NCBI GenBank assembly: GCA_013289145.1
Contig: JABDAM010000006.1
Location: forward strand, 1 to 58,518
Direction: 5' to 3'
DNA from: Alphaproteobacteria bacterium
Lineage (GTDB): Bacteria; Pseudomonadota; Alphaproteobacteria; UBA11073
DNA length: 58,518 bases
Numbering within the stretch: position 1 is the stretch's first letter; the number at the start of each line of letters is the position of its first letter. The notes under the pieces are model-generated. The model was not told the origin of the DNA. It saw only the letters and a program-made list of their open reading frames with translations, and did not search any database. This document shows, in pieces, positions 32,855 through 44,608 of this stretch. Both the position numbers and the translations under genes were made by a program.

Positions 32855-33712
32855 ATGCACCTCGCCGAAACGAACCTGGATATTCATCACCTGCACCTCG
32901 TCTCCGATGCGACGGGGGAGACGATTAAGGGCATGACGCGCGCGGCGTTGGCGCAATTCGGGCCTTCGATTATCAAACGCCATCACTGGTTTTTAATCCG
33001 CACGCCGCAGCAGATGGAAAAGGTGCTGGCCAGTATCGCAGAGCATCCCGGGCTGGTTTTTTCGACCTTTGGCGAAAAGGAATTGATGTTTCAATTGGAA
33101 CGCGGCTGTGTCGATCTGGGCGTGCCGCATGTGGGCTTGATGGATAGCGCGCTGAATGCCTTGTCGGATTTTCTGGGCCAGCCGATTGAAAGCTCGATCG
33201 GCAAACAACATGCGCTGGACGAGGCCTATTTCCGCCGGATTGAGGCGATGGATTTCGCGCTGGATCACGATGACGGCCAGAACGCTTCGCGCCTGTCGGA
33301 CGCGGATGTGATTTTGCTGGGCGTGTCGCGCACGTCAAAAACGCCGACCTCGCTTTATCTCGCCAACCGGGGGATTAAGGCGGCGAATATCCCGCTCGTG
33401 CCAGGTGTGGAGGCGCCCGCGATTTTATATGAACTGAAGAAACCGCTGATCGTCGGCTTGACGTCGGAGCCCGAACATCTCGCCATGATCCGGCAATCGC
33501 GTTTGAAAAACCTCTCCGCGCGCGGCGTGGACGGTTATGCCGAGATCGACGCCGTTCACGAGGAAATCCGTGCCGCGCGCCGCCTCTTTAGCAAAAACGG
33601 CTGGCCGGTGGTGGATGTCACGCGGCGTTCGATTGAAGAAACCGCGTCGGAGATCATTGCCCTGCTCGACCGGCGGCGGGAAGAAAAAGGAGAAGAATTA
33701 ATTGAGTTCTAA
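32855..33712 (+). CDS. pyruvate, phosphate dikinase / PEP synthase regulatory protein (PpsR/DUF299 kinase-pyrophosphorylase)
   Basis: 285 aa. LVSDATGET, the P-loop-like ILLGVSRTSKTPTSLYLA and NIPLVPG. Confidence 0.88.
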   Translation: MHLAETNLDIHHLHLVSDATGETIKGMTRAALAQFGPSIIKRHHWFLIRTPQQMEKVLASIAEHPGLVFSTFGEKELMFQLERGCVDLGVPHVGLMDSALNALSDFLGQPIESSIGKQHALDEAYFRRIEAMDFALDHDDGQNASRLSDADVILLGVSRTSKTPTSLYLANRGIKAANIPLVPGVEAPAILYELKKPLIVGLTSEPEHLAMIRQSRLKNLSARGVDGYAEIDAVHEEIRAARRLFSKNGWPVVDVTRRSIEETASEIIALLDRRREEKGEELIEF

Positions 33713-34523
33713 TTTTCAAATCGCCGCCGTCATCGGCCATCCCATCGGGCATTCGCTCTCGCCGGATATTCATGGTTATTGGCTGAAGGAAAAAAATATT
33801 CACGGGGAATACCGGGCGCATGATGTGGTGCCCGCGGCTCTGGCAGATGCAATTAGAAAATTCGCGGGTGAAGGCTATGTCGGTTTGAATGTGACGCTGC
33901 CTCATAAAGAAACGGTGATGGCGTTGTGCGATGACCTGTCCGATGCCGCGCGCGCTATCGGCGCGGTGAATACGGTGGTTTTCGCGAATGATAAAATTTA
34001 CGGGGACAATACCGACGCGGCGGGTTTTGCCGATAATCTGCTCGAAGCGGATGAGGATAGGGTTTTCGATTCCGCGATTATTCTGGGCGCGGGCGGCGCG
34101 GCGCGGGCCGTGTGTTTTGCGCTGAAGAATTTGGGCGTGTTGGATTTTACGGTGTTAAACCGCGACATCGCGCGCGCGGAAAAATTATTATCGGAATTGG
34201 GATTGGCCGGCACGGCTGCGGCGCTGTCGGCGCAACATGATCAGGCGGATATTATCGTGAATTGCACTTCACTGGGCATGACGGGGCAGCCGCACTTGGC
34301 GTTTAATTTGGGGCAGGTCGGTAAAAATACGGTGGTGGCGGATATTGTTTATAAACCATTGCAAACCGAATTTCTCAAAGCCGCTCGCAAGCGCGGCTGC
34401 AGAACCGTCGATGGTTTGGGGATGTTGATTCACCAAGCCGCGGCGGCATTCGAACAGTTTTATGGTGAAGAGGCGGGTGAGATGGTAAAATTACGCGGGA
34501 TTTTGGAGAGGAAGTTAGCGTGA
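33702..34523 (+). CDS. aroE: shikimate dehydrogenase
   Basis: 273 aa. GHPIGHSLSP, LNVTLPHKE, GAVNT, NTDAAGF and LGAGGAARA. Confidence 0.92.
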   Translation: MSSNFQIAAVIGHPIGHSLSPDIHGYWLKEKNIHGEYRAHDVVPAALADAIRKFAGEGYVGLNVTLPHKETVMALCDDLSDAARAIGAVNTVVFANDKIYGDNTDAAGFADNLLEADEDRVFDSAIILGAGGAARAVCFALKNLGVLDFTVLNRDIARAEKLLSELGLAGTAAALSAQHDQADIIVNCTSLGMTGQPHLAFNLGQVGKNTVVADIVYKPLQTEFLKAARKRGCRTVDGLGMLIHQAAAAFEQFYGEEAGEMVKLRGILERKLA

Positions 34524-35098
34524 AACGCATTGGTCTGACGGGCTCCATCGGCGCGGGAAAAAGCGCGGCTTCGGATTGGCTGCGCGGGCAAGACTTTGCG
34601 GTGCATGACGCGGATGCCGCCGTACACGAAATCTATGCGCGGCCGGAGGTTCAGGCGTGGCTCCACGAACATTTCCCCGGTGCGGTGGATGCGGGCAAGG
34701 TCAACCGCCATTATCTGGCAGAGACGATTTATACGCAGCCCCGCATGCGCAAATTTCTGGAAGATTACATCCACCCCTTGGTCGCGGCGCACCGCGCGGA
34801 ATTTTTATACAAAGCGCGGCAGGCGGGACGCGGGTTCGCGGTGCTCGATATTCCGTTATTGTTTGAAACCGGACGCGAAGCGGAAATGGATGAAGTCTGG
34901 CTAGTGACCGCGCCGGTGGAAGTGCGCCGCGTCCGGGCATTGGCGCGCCCGGGCATGACGGCGGAAAAGTTCGACCGTATTAACGGCGCGCAAATGTCTG
35001 AAGATCAAAAAATCCTGCGCGCCAACCATGTGATTGAAAATAGCGGCACGCTCGCACAGCTGCATGAAAAACTCGCATGGCTGACTGGCAGGATATAA
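34520..35098 (+). CDS. coaE: dephospho-CoA kinase
   Basis: 192 aa. P-loop GLTGSIGAGKS, and D.PLLFE. Confidence 0.9.
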   Translation: MKRIGLTGSIGAGKSAASDWLRGQDFAVHDADAAVHEIYARPEVQAWLHEHFPGAVDAGKVNRHYLAETIYTQPRMRKFLEDYIHPLVAAHRAEFLYKARQAGRGFAVLDIPLLFETGREAEMDEVWLVTAPVEVRRVRALARPGMTAEKFDRINGAQMSEDQKILRANHVIENSGTLAQLHEKLAWLTGRI

Positions 35099-35577
35099 AA
35101 AAACGAGCGGAACAAATCACGCGGCGTCTGCGTGCCGTGCAGCCTGCCAATATCGTTTCGGGACAGGAAAATTTCCGGCCTTTAAAAGACCGTTTGCCGC
35201 GCCCGGGGCGCGTGGATTTGGCGGCCCAACCGCGCGTGAAAAAGGGAAATGAGATTTCAGGCGCGCAAATGGCGGCACTGAAAAACGGCGCGGTGAAAAT
35301 CGATGCGAAGTTAGACCTGCACGGCCTGACGCAAAGCGAAGCGCATCAGGAGCTCGGATATTTTCTGCATAAACAAATCACGCGCGGGGCGCGCATGCTG
35401 CTCATTATCACAGGCAAGGGAAAAAATAATGAAGGCGTGCTGCGCACCGCGCTGCCAGATTGGATCATGACGGGCGAATGGGCGCGTTATATTCTGACCA
35501 TTCATCCCGCGCACCTGCGCCACGGCGGTGACGGCGCGACATATGTTTTGCTGCGCAAAACAGGAAGTGGGCAATAG
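35077..35577 (+). CDS. Smr domain-containing protein
   Basis: 166 aa. LDLHGLTQSEAHQEL ... LLIITGKG is the Smr signature. Confidence 0.8.
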   Translation: MADWQDIKKRAEQITRRLRAVQPANIVSGQENFRPLKDRLPRPGRVDLAAQPRVKKGNEISGAQMAALKNGAVKIDAKLDLHGLTQSEAHQELGYFLHKQITRGARMLLIITGKGKNNEGVLRTALPDWIMTGEWARYILTIHPAHLRHGGDGATYVLLRKTGSGQ

Positions 35578-35652
35578 GATAATAATAGGATTTTAGAGAT
35601 TCCGCGCGGCCCGAAAACCTTCTAAAATCCGATCATCCTAAATTCCTAAATC
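35574..35652. repeat. Rep-A TAGGA-type palindromic intergenic element, copy D
   Basis: TAGGATAATAATAGGATTTTAGAG ... CTTCTAAAATCCGATCATCCTAAATTCCTAAATC. It spans the gap between the convergent smr and pirin genes, and its right arm supplies the last pirin codons (DLGI-stop). Confidence 0.7.
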
Positions 35653-36345
35653 AAACAACAGCAATTCGGAATCTTCATTCGCGATGACATTCCGCGCGGG
35701 TTCATCGATGATGCCCAGGCCGTCACCTTGGGAGAGTTGTTGGCCGCCATAAGTCACGCTGCCTTTGGCGACTTGCAGCCAGTATTTGCGGTTGCTTTCG
35801 ACAGGCATCGCGATGGATTGCCCGGATGATAATTGCGCGAGCGACAGGCGCGCATCGGCGGCGATGTCAAAGGTGTCGGCAATATTCTCGCTTGCGGGCG
35901 CGACAACCGTTTGCCATTTCCCGCGGCGGTCGTTCTCGTCCAGCGTGCGGTCCCAATAATCCGGCGCGAGGCCGCGCGTATGCGGCATGATCCAGATTTG
36001 CAGCAAATGCACCGGCGCGGTTTTGGAAGCGTTGAATTCGCTATGGGCAATCCCGGTGCCCGCGCGCATCATTTGAATTTGATTGGGCTTGATCGTCGCC
36101 TGGCCGCCGGTGTTGTCTTCGTGTGCCAATTCACCGTCCAGAACGATGGTGATAATTTCCATATTGTCATGCGGATGGGGCGGAAATCCGCCGCCAGGCG
36201 CGACGACGTCTTCGTTGATCACGCGCAGCGGGCCGAAATGATGCCATTCCGGATCGCGATAAGCGCCGAATGAAAAGGTATGTTTGCCGTCGAGCCAGGC
36301 TGTTTGCGTAACGCCGCGCGCGGCGGAGGGGCGGTGGAGGAGCAT
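35638..36345 (-). CDS. pirin family protein
   Basis: 235 aa. GFPPHPH..MEIITIVL.GEL.H.D cupin motif. Confidence 0.88.
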   Translation of the reverse strand: MLLHRPSAARGVTQTAWLDGKHTFSFGAYRDPEWHHFGPLRVINEDVVAPGGGFPPHPHDNMEIITIVLDGELAHEDNTGGQATIKPNQIQMMRAGTGIAHSEFNASKTAPVHLLQIWIMPHTRGLAPDYWDRTLDENDRRGKWQTVVAPASENIADTFDIAADARLSLAQLSSGQSIAMPVESNRKYWLQVAKGSVTYGGQQLSQGDGLGIIDEPARNVIANEDSELLLFDLGI

Positions 36346-36357
36346 ACTTTGTAATAT

Positions 36358-36412
36358 GGAGAGGCGAGAAGCGAGATGCTAGAGGCGAGATGAAAATTCC
36401 CGCTTCTATTCC
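36358..36412. repeat. Rep-B GCGAGA-type element, intergenic copy
   Basis: GGAGAGGCGAGAAGCGAGATGCTAGAGGCGAGATGAAAATTCCCGCTTCTATTCC lies between pirin and the Tim44-like gene. AGAAGCG and CGCTTCT form an inverted pair. Confidence 0.65.
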
Positions 36413-37080
36413 TTCGTTTCCACCAAATGCCACGCCGGATCGGTGCCGCGCGTGTCGCGGCGGAAGGTCCAGGTGTCGCGGATTTCTTCGCGCGCGGCGG
36501 GATCGCCGACGACGACATTGCCCGCGCCGTCACGCACCACGCTGGTTTGCTCGGAAATGAATTCAACCGTGACCTCTGCATCAAAACCGATCATGCGCGC
36601 GCCGGTAATGGTCGTGGTGGAAATTTTGTGCAGGGTGGTTTCCATCGTGTAATCTTTTTGCGCGCGCGCCTTCGCGTCCTCGGCAAAATGATCGTACAAT
36701 TTCGGCGATAATAAATTTTTCAATGTTTCCAGATCGCCGCGCGCATAGGCTTTGACAATCATTTCAAAGGCCGCGCGCGCGCCCTGCATAAAGCCGCGTT
36801 CATCGAAGTCGCTGTCGTAGTCTTTAATTTGTTGCAGGCCCTGGTTGACGGATAGCGGTTCATTTGTCGCGGGAACGCCGTCCGGTAATACTTTGGCATT
36901 CACGGGTTTCGCGTTCATCGCGCGGTCAACCGGGCTGCCGGACAAGGGCCGCAAGGACTGCGCCGCGAATGGATCGGACGCGGGCATTTGCGGTTCATTG
37001 TCATTGCGCACGCCCAGCACGCGCCAAAGCTGGTAAACCAGTGCAGCCACCACCACCGCTAAAATCACAATATCAATCAC
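36406..37080 (-). CDS. Tim44-like domain-containing protein
   Basis: 224 aa. N-terminal TM helix and a C-terminal Tim44-like fold pattern (FMQGARAAFEMIVKAYARGD ... WTFRRD). It is the conserved neighbour of secB in alphaproteobacteria. Confidence 0.75.
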   Translation of the reverse strand: MIDIVILAVVVAALVYQLWRVLGVRNDNEPQMPASDPFAAQSLRPLSGSPVDRAMNAKPVNAKVLPDGVPATNEPLSVNQGLQQIKDYDSDFDERGFMQGARAAFEMIVKAYARGDLETLKNLLSPKLYDHFAEDAKARAQKDYTMETTLHKISTTTITGARMIGFDAEVTVEFISEQTSVVRDGAGNVVVGDPAAREEIRDTWTFRRDTRGTDPAWHLVETKE

Positions 37081-37171
37081 TCAGGGCCTCCGAAGGCTTG
37101 CTATATTCCTGCCATCATATCATATTCGGCGCCGCTAACGCAAACGACCCGTCATAATTACAAGGAAACGC

Positions 37172-37657
37172 ATGCCTCCCAGCCCCCCGAGCCCATCAAT
37201 TATGCAAATCGGCCAATACCTCCGGGATTTGTCATTTGAGAATTTTTCCATGGAAGCGCAAGTGCCGCCAGGGACGATGCCCGCCATCGAAATGGGCGTG
37301 GATGTGGAAGTTCGGGCTCTGTCCGAACCCAAAATCACTGACGGTCACGCAGTTGGAGATTATGAATCCGGCCTAAAAATCCGCATTCTCGCGCGGTCTG
37401 CGGGGAAAGACGGCAAGGTCGCGGCAGAGGCGAAACCGGTGTTTATGATTGAAGTTGCCTATGCCGGGCGTTACCGCATGGCGGAAGTGCCGGAGGGCGA
37501 AGTCGAACCTTTTCTGGCCATCGAAGCGCCGCGGTTGCTTTTCCCCTTTGTCCGCCAGATCGTGGCCGAAGCCGCTATGCACGGCGGCCTGCCGCCATTG
37601 TTGATCGCGCCGGTGGATTTCATGGCGGTTTATCAGCAGCAAAAAACGGCTAAATAG
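37172..37657 (+). CDS. secB: protein-export chaperone SecB
   Basis: 161 aa. QYLRDLSFEN and LLFPFVRQIVAEA..HGG.PPL.I.P.DF. Confidence 0.9.
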   Translation: MPPSPPSPSIMQIGQYLRDLSFENFSMEAQVPPGTMPAIEMGVDVEVRALSEPKITDGHAVGDYESGLKIRILARSAGKDGKVAAEAKPVFMIEVAYAGRYRMAEVPEGEVEPFLAIEAPRLLFPFVRQIVAEAAMHGGLPPLLIAPVDFMAVYQQQKTAK

Positions 37658-37731
37658 CTGGAAAATACTTGCTTTTTTCCGGGCGATCAGTAATTTGATG
37701 GGAATAATAAACTAAACACAGCGAGCATAAC

Positions 37732-38340
37732 ATGACGGGTCTTTTCGAACTTAGTCCATTTTCAACGCAAGATGAATTCGCGGCGATGGTTGACCATATC
37801 GAAGCCCGAGCGCCGCAATCATTTGAAACAGCATTCTCAATGATATTGGGGAATCCGGAGATTCTCGGGTTGGAAGAAGTTCTGAGTAAACCAGCCACGC
37901 CTGCGCAACGGTTTGCCCAGTTAGACCCTCTTGCCGCAATTATGGCTCTCCCGGCGATTTGTGCGAATCCACCGGAAGGTTTTTTTGGGGATATCCCGAT
38001 TACGAATGAAGTGTCTTGCCAAAATGACTCTTCGGTTGCTTTTGCCTCTGGCACGATTTCCTGGGATGTCAGTAAACTTTTTACTTTTGCCAGAGATCAT
38101 TTTGGTAACGATAAATTGCGCGCGGCGGTGGATGTCGCAATCACGGAAGTTATGAAAGATGAAAAAGTCTCCGAATTGTTAGGACAGGATGCAGTGATCT
38201 GGTTTCAGACGTTAATCAGAGCGCGGAAAGAGTCATTAGGCAAAATCGGAGAACCTCGTGACAAAGCCGAGCATCATTCGTCCTTTGCCCCGCCTGCACG
38301 GGTGGCGCCGGCGGCTGCGGCTGGGAAATTTACCCTCTAG
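37732..38340 (+). CDS. hypothetical protein
   Basis: 202-aa ORF. No family recognised. It overlaps the convergent dnaQ by 4 nt. Confidence 0.45.
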   Translation: MTGLFELSPFSTQDEFAAMVDHIEARAPQSFETAFSMILGNPEILGLEEVLSKPATPAQRFAQLDPLAAIMALPAICANPPEGFFGDIPITNEVSCQNDSSVAFASGTISWDVSKLFTFARDHFGNDKLRAAVDVAITEVMKDEKVSELLGQDAVIWFQTLIRARKESLGKIGEPRDKAEHHSSFAPPARVAPAAAAGKFTL

Positions 38341-39035
38341 GCGCTTTTGATTTTTTTCCAGATCGCTTTGTCGCCCATGGTTTCGATGAATTTTCCATGG
38401 GCTTCGATTTCCTCGGGCGGAACGATGAACTTACGCGCGGCGCGGATGATTTTTTCGGGCAGCGTGGCGGTTTCGTCCGATACTGCGAAATTGCTGGTGC
38501 GGCTGACGTCAAATAACTCCGGCTGGGCGCCGCCCATCAGATAAAAATAGACATCCGCCAAAAGATGAGAGTCCAGCAATGCGCCGTGGTGGTTCCGGCC
38601 TGAGTTATCCACGCCGAAACGGCGGCAAAGCGCATCCAAACTGGCCGGCTGGCCGGGAAATTTGTTGCGCGCCAATTGCAGGGTATCGCGCGCGCGGGAG
38701 AGCGGAATTTGCGCATGACCGGCCGTGGTCAATTCCGCATTGATGAATTTCATGTCAAAGCCCGCATTATGGATCACCAGCGGCGCGTCGCCGATAAAGG
38801 TCATGAAATCCGCCGCCACATCCATAAAACGCGGCTTATCGGCCAGGAATTCCGTGGTTAAGCCATGGATGCGGACGACTTCTTCGGGCACATCGCGTTC
38901 GGGGTTTAGGTAGGCGTGAAACGTCTTGCCTGTCGGGCGGTAATTATAAATTTCCACACAGCCGATTTCCACCAGCCGGTGGCCCGCGCCGGGGTCCATG
39001 CCGGTGGTTTCAGTATCGAAAATGATTTCACGCAT
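38337..39035 (-). CDS. dnaQ: DNA polymerase III subunit epsilon (3'-5' exonuclease)
   Basis: 232 aa. Exo I FDTETTG, Exo [13 protein letters not shown] and Exo [17 protein letters not shown]. Confidence 0.95.
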   Translation of the reverse strand: MREIIFDTETTGMDPGAGHRLVEIGCVEIYNYRPTGKTFHAYLNPERDVPEEVVRIHGLTTEFLADKPRFMDVAADFMTFIGDAPLVIHNAGFDMKFINAELTTAGHAQIPLSRARDTLQLARNKFPGQPASLDALCRRFGVDNSGRNHHGALLDSHLLADVYFYLMGGAQPELFDVSRTSNFAVSDETATLPEKIIRAARKFIVPPEEIEAHGKFIETMGDKAIWKKIKSA

Positions 39036-39127
39036 TTAGGAACTAGGAACTAGGATTTTAGGAACTAGAAAGCAAGGCATTTCCCGCGCATTTTTTCTAA
39101 TTTCTAGTTCCTAAAATCCCAGTTCCT
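39036..39127. repeat. Rep-A TAGGA-type palindromic intergenic element, copy E (best-preserved copy)
   Basis: Perfect 19-bp inverted repeat: GGATTTTAGGAACTAGAAA (39053..39071) and TTTCTAGTTCCTAAAATCC (39101..39119). It is flanked by extra AGGAACTAGGAACTAGG and CCAGTTCCT units and abuts the dnaQ start codon. Confidence 0.85.
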
Positions 39128-39163
39128 TTTTTCTCTTGCTTCAACCTATGCGTTCAGGTTCCA

Positions 39164-40036
39164 ATGGGCACCTTGAGTCGTTTTATGCAGCAAACCGCAG
39201 CCCCTTCCATGCCATCCATCCGTGTTCGCGCCAGCCTCACCGCAGCCCTGAACATGTTGACGGCGGAATGGCGCGAAGCGGCCAAAATTATATTGGCTCC
39301 CTATACCTTGATGATTTTGGGTTGGCTGCCCGTCATACTGATTTTGGCGCCAATCATGCAAGGCAATGATGCATCCTATATAGAGCCCAAGGTTATCATG
39401 GGAATCTTTTTGCAAAACATTCATTGGTTCGTTCTGGGCACGATTATTTCTGTTATCATCAACGCTTATATGGTTACCGGACTGGCGCGGTTTTTTATTC
39501 TCTCGCAACGTGCCAAGGTTATTTGGGCCTATCATGACACCCTGTGGTCGATGTTGTGGCGGCAGATTTTGATGACGGCTGCGATCATGTTTGTTATGGC
39601 GGGCGTGTTCATGGTAACGGCTTTTTTGGAAGTGGTCTTGCCCGGTCTGGGGACCGTGATTGCCGGTTTAATCGCCGCGGCCTTTATTTTTTCCGTTCTA
39701 TTCACACGTGTGAGTTTGGCGCCCTTCGCGGCGGCGGTGGGCGAAGATCCGAAATTTAGAACCTCTTGGCATAACACGCGCGGACAGGTGATGAGGATAT
39801 CTATGGTTTGGCTGGGATTTTTTCTAGTTTCCCTGTGTGTGGGGCTTGTGTCCGGCTTGCTTGAAATCGCCTTGGGCGTTTTTCCGGAAACCATAAAAAC
39901 GGTTTTGACGGTTGTGAAATCTATCCTTGTCTCGGGGGGAATTTTTGCCTTTGCCACGGCGCTCCAAACCGTTATTTTTGTCCATTTCTATCACCGCGCA
40001 TCGGTAACGCCGCAGGGGGGCAGTCATGTCCTCTAA
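39164..40036 (+). CDS. multi-pass membrane protein, function unknown
   Basis: 290 aa with about 6 predicted hydrophobic helices. No motif recognised. Confidence 0.6.
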   Translation: MGTLSRFMQQTAAPSMPSIRVRASLTAALNMLTAEWREAAKIILAPYTLMILGWLPVILILAPIMQGNDASYIEPKVIMGIFLQNIHWFVLGTIISVIINAYMVTGLARFFILSQRAKVIWAYHDTLWSMLWRQILMTAAIMFVMAGVFMVTAFLEVVLPGLGTVIAGLIAAAFIFSVLFTRVSLAPFAAAVGEDPKFRTSWHNTRGQVMRISMVWLGFFLVSLCVGLVSGLLEIALGVFPETIKTVLTVVKSILVSGGIFAFATALQTVIFVHFYHRASVTPQGGSHVL

Positions 40037-41357
40037 AGTCGCACGGTTCAAGCGTAAAGCACCGCCGCCCGCCCACAGTGTGGGGAACGCGCCTTCATCC
40101 TGGCATGCCGCGCAGGAAACTTATGCATTGGTGACGTTGAATTACAAATCCGTTGCGCGCATTGGCGCTGTACCATTGTTAATCGTCGGCACGCTCCAGG
40201 CGCTTTATGCGCTTTATCCAACCTTGTTGAATTTGTTATTGACGGTTTGCGGCAATCTCGCCGCGACGGGTATGTTCGCGGTGGGCCTACAACGCATGGT
40301 GGCCTCATCGGTGCAGCATCAATTATACCGTTTTCAATTCGCCGCGCAGCGCTGGCGTATCATAACAGCCGTAACCATGGCGCTGATCCCCGTGGTGTTG
40401 TTATCGTTGGGGATTTTGGCATTAGGTTATGTGCTGGCGCAAAATCTGCTTGCACCGTCGGTACTGGGGATTTTGCTGTTGATCGGCATCGTTATGGGGC
40501 TTGGCCTGGCGGCTTATACAGCGGTGCGTTTTTCCGTGATTATGCCCGCGATTGCGCTGGACGAGCCGATTGATCTGCAATCCGCCGTGCGCGCCACACG
40601 CGGCCGGGCATGGCAACTGTGGCGCGGTTTGCTCGCGACGCTTTCGCCGGTTTTGATTGTTGCGGCTGGGTTATCTTTTTACGCTGCGCGGAATGGCGGC
40701 GCGGCCTGGGCCGCAAGTTCTTTACAGGGTTTTACAGTCATCACCGCGGTGCCTTTATCGGTGGTGTTTTTAACTTTGTCTTATTTCCGTTACGTGCGGC
40801 GCGAAGCCAAGCCGAAAATGAAAATCATCGGCGAACCCGCGTGGTATGTGCGAGCCTGGTATGACATGCAGCGCGTTTTTGCTTTTGTGGCAAAGGTTGC
40901 GGTATTGGCCGCGCAACAATTCAAGGCGAAGCCAAAACCCGCTGCGAATCCGGTGGCCAAAAATTGGCCGCCGCAAAAGGCAAAAACTGCGACGGCCACA
41001 ACAGCGGTACGGCGCACACCAAGATTTGAAGCCGCTGCGCCGGGCAAGCCCGTTTCGGAAAAAGAACATTTGGCACGCAAGGTCGCTGAAAAATTAGCGG
41101 ATCTGGAAGAGGAAAAACTCGCGCAGCTCGCCGCGTTGCTCGAAAGAGGCGAGAAAAGAACCGGAACCGCGTCACCTTCCGCCCAGGCTGCAAAAACAGC
41201 GAAAGCCGCCGGTACGAAAAAATCCACGGCCGCCACAGCGCCGCAACAACCCGTGCGCCGCGTCAAAACCGCCCAGCGCAGCGCCGGCGCGCGCCAGTTA
41301 AATGACATGCTCGCGGCGAATGAAAATGGGAAGCAAGGGTTAGAAAGTAAAAAATAG
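40026..41357 (+). CDS. multi-pass membrane protein with Lys/Ala/Pro-rich C-terminal tail
   Basis: 443 aa. The topology resembles the upstream ORF, whose stop it overlaps by 11 nt. It has a long basic low-complexity tail. Confidence 0.6.
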   Translation: MSSKVARFKRKAPPPAHSVGNAPSSWHAAQETYALVTLNYKSVARIGAVPLLIVGTLQALYALYPTLLNLLLTVCGNLAATGMFAVGLQRMVASSVQHQLYRFQFAAQRWRIITAVTMALIPVVLLSLGILALGYVLAQNLLAPSVLGILLLIGIVMGLGLAAYTAVRFSVIMPAIALDEPIDLQSAVRATRGRAWQLWRGLLATLSPVLIVAAGLSFYAARNGGAAWAASSLQGFTVITAVPLSVVFLTLSYFRYVRREAKPKMKIIGEPAWYVRAWYDMQRVFAFVAKVAVLAAQQFKAKPKPAANPVAKNWPPQKAKTATATTAVRRTPRFEAAAPGKPVSEKEHLARKVAEKLADLEEEKLAQLAALLERGEKRTGTASPSAQAAKTAKAAGTKKSTAATAPQQPVRRVKTAQRSAGARQLNDMLAANENGKQGLESKK

Positions 41358-41361
41358 GCGG

Positions 41362-41955
41362 CTATGTCGCGCTAGGCGAGAAGGGCGAGCGAAAACTATA
41401 CGGAATAATATGGTTCCATCCTGCGGATCGCATACGTCTGGCAAAATGGTTATCATGCTCCCATAAATGAATAGGATCAGTCAGGCGCTGTTTGCGGGAT
41501 TGTCCAGACGCTCTTCGCCATACATAGGGCGCACGATCGCCAATCGGCAGGGCCAGAATTTTTTGAGATTTATTCAGGCTTTGCTTGTCGAGAAACTCAC
41601 AGATCAAGCTCGCGTTCCGTCCGACGGCATAGATCATTTGTTCTTTCAAGTTGTCAATTTTATGGATGCCCTGTCCGCTGCGGTCATATAGATAAATAAC
41701 GCGTAAATTCGTGCTTAGGTTCTCTGAGAGGAAGTCTTTGTCTCCCGTCACAATGATGGGGTTGGGATAGTCCAAAAGAAAGGTGTGCAATTCTTCATCC
41801 GGCTTGCCAGAGAATCCGAGCTCATGGACATGCACAATATTAAGGCATTCTGTATTCATGGCTTGAGTCAACTTCCGGAATGTCTGCACCATGCCGGGCG
41901 GCAGATTTTCATCAATCAAGATCATCGGAGCCCAACTATTCGTCGGTTCAAGCAT
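41362..41955 (-). CDS. PIN-like (DUF5615/Mut7-C-like) domain protein with C-terminal extension
   Basis: 197 aa, AT-rich. The N-terminal ILIDENLP...IIVTGDKDF pattern resembles DUF5615 PIN-like toxin domains. The last codons run into a Rep-B copy (41371..41395). Confidence 0.5.
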   Translation of the reverse strand: MLEPTNSWAPMILIDENLPPGMVQTFRKLTQAMNTECLNIVHVHELGFSGKPDEELHTFLLDYPNPIIVTGDKDFLSENLSTNLRVIYLYDRSGQGIHKIDNLKEQMIYAVGRNASLICEFLDKQSLNKSQKILALPIGDRAPYVWRRASGQSRKQRLTDPIHLWEHDNHFARRMRSAGWNHIIPYSFRSPFSPSAT

Positions 41956-42031
41956 GGGGAAATTATAACAGATTCTTAAAATGTGATGAGGGGGGAGTAT
42001 ATGGTTCGTCGGGACGTTAAGTTATTCGGCG

Positions 42032-44608
<2,577 letters not shown>

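Noticed and set aside
39702-39713. Perfect 12-bp palindrome TCACACGTGTGA considered as a third parS
   Set aside because: Only the central CACGTG is shared. The flanks do not match TGTTTCAC/GTGAAACA. It lies inside a membrane-protein CDS and is probably a chance occurrence.
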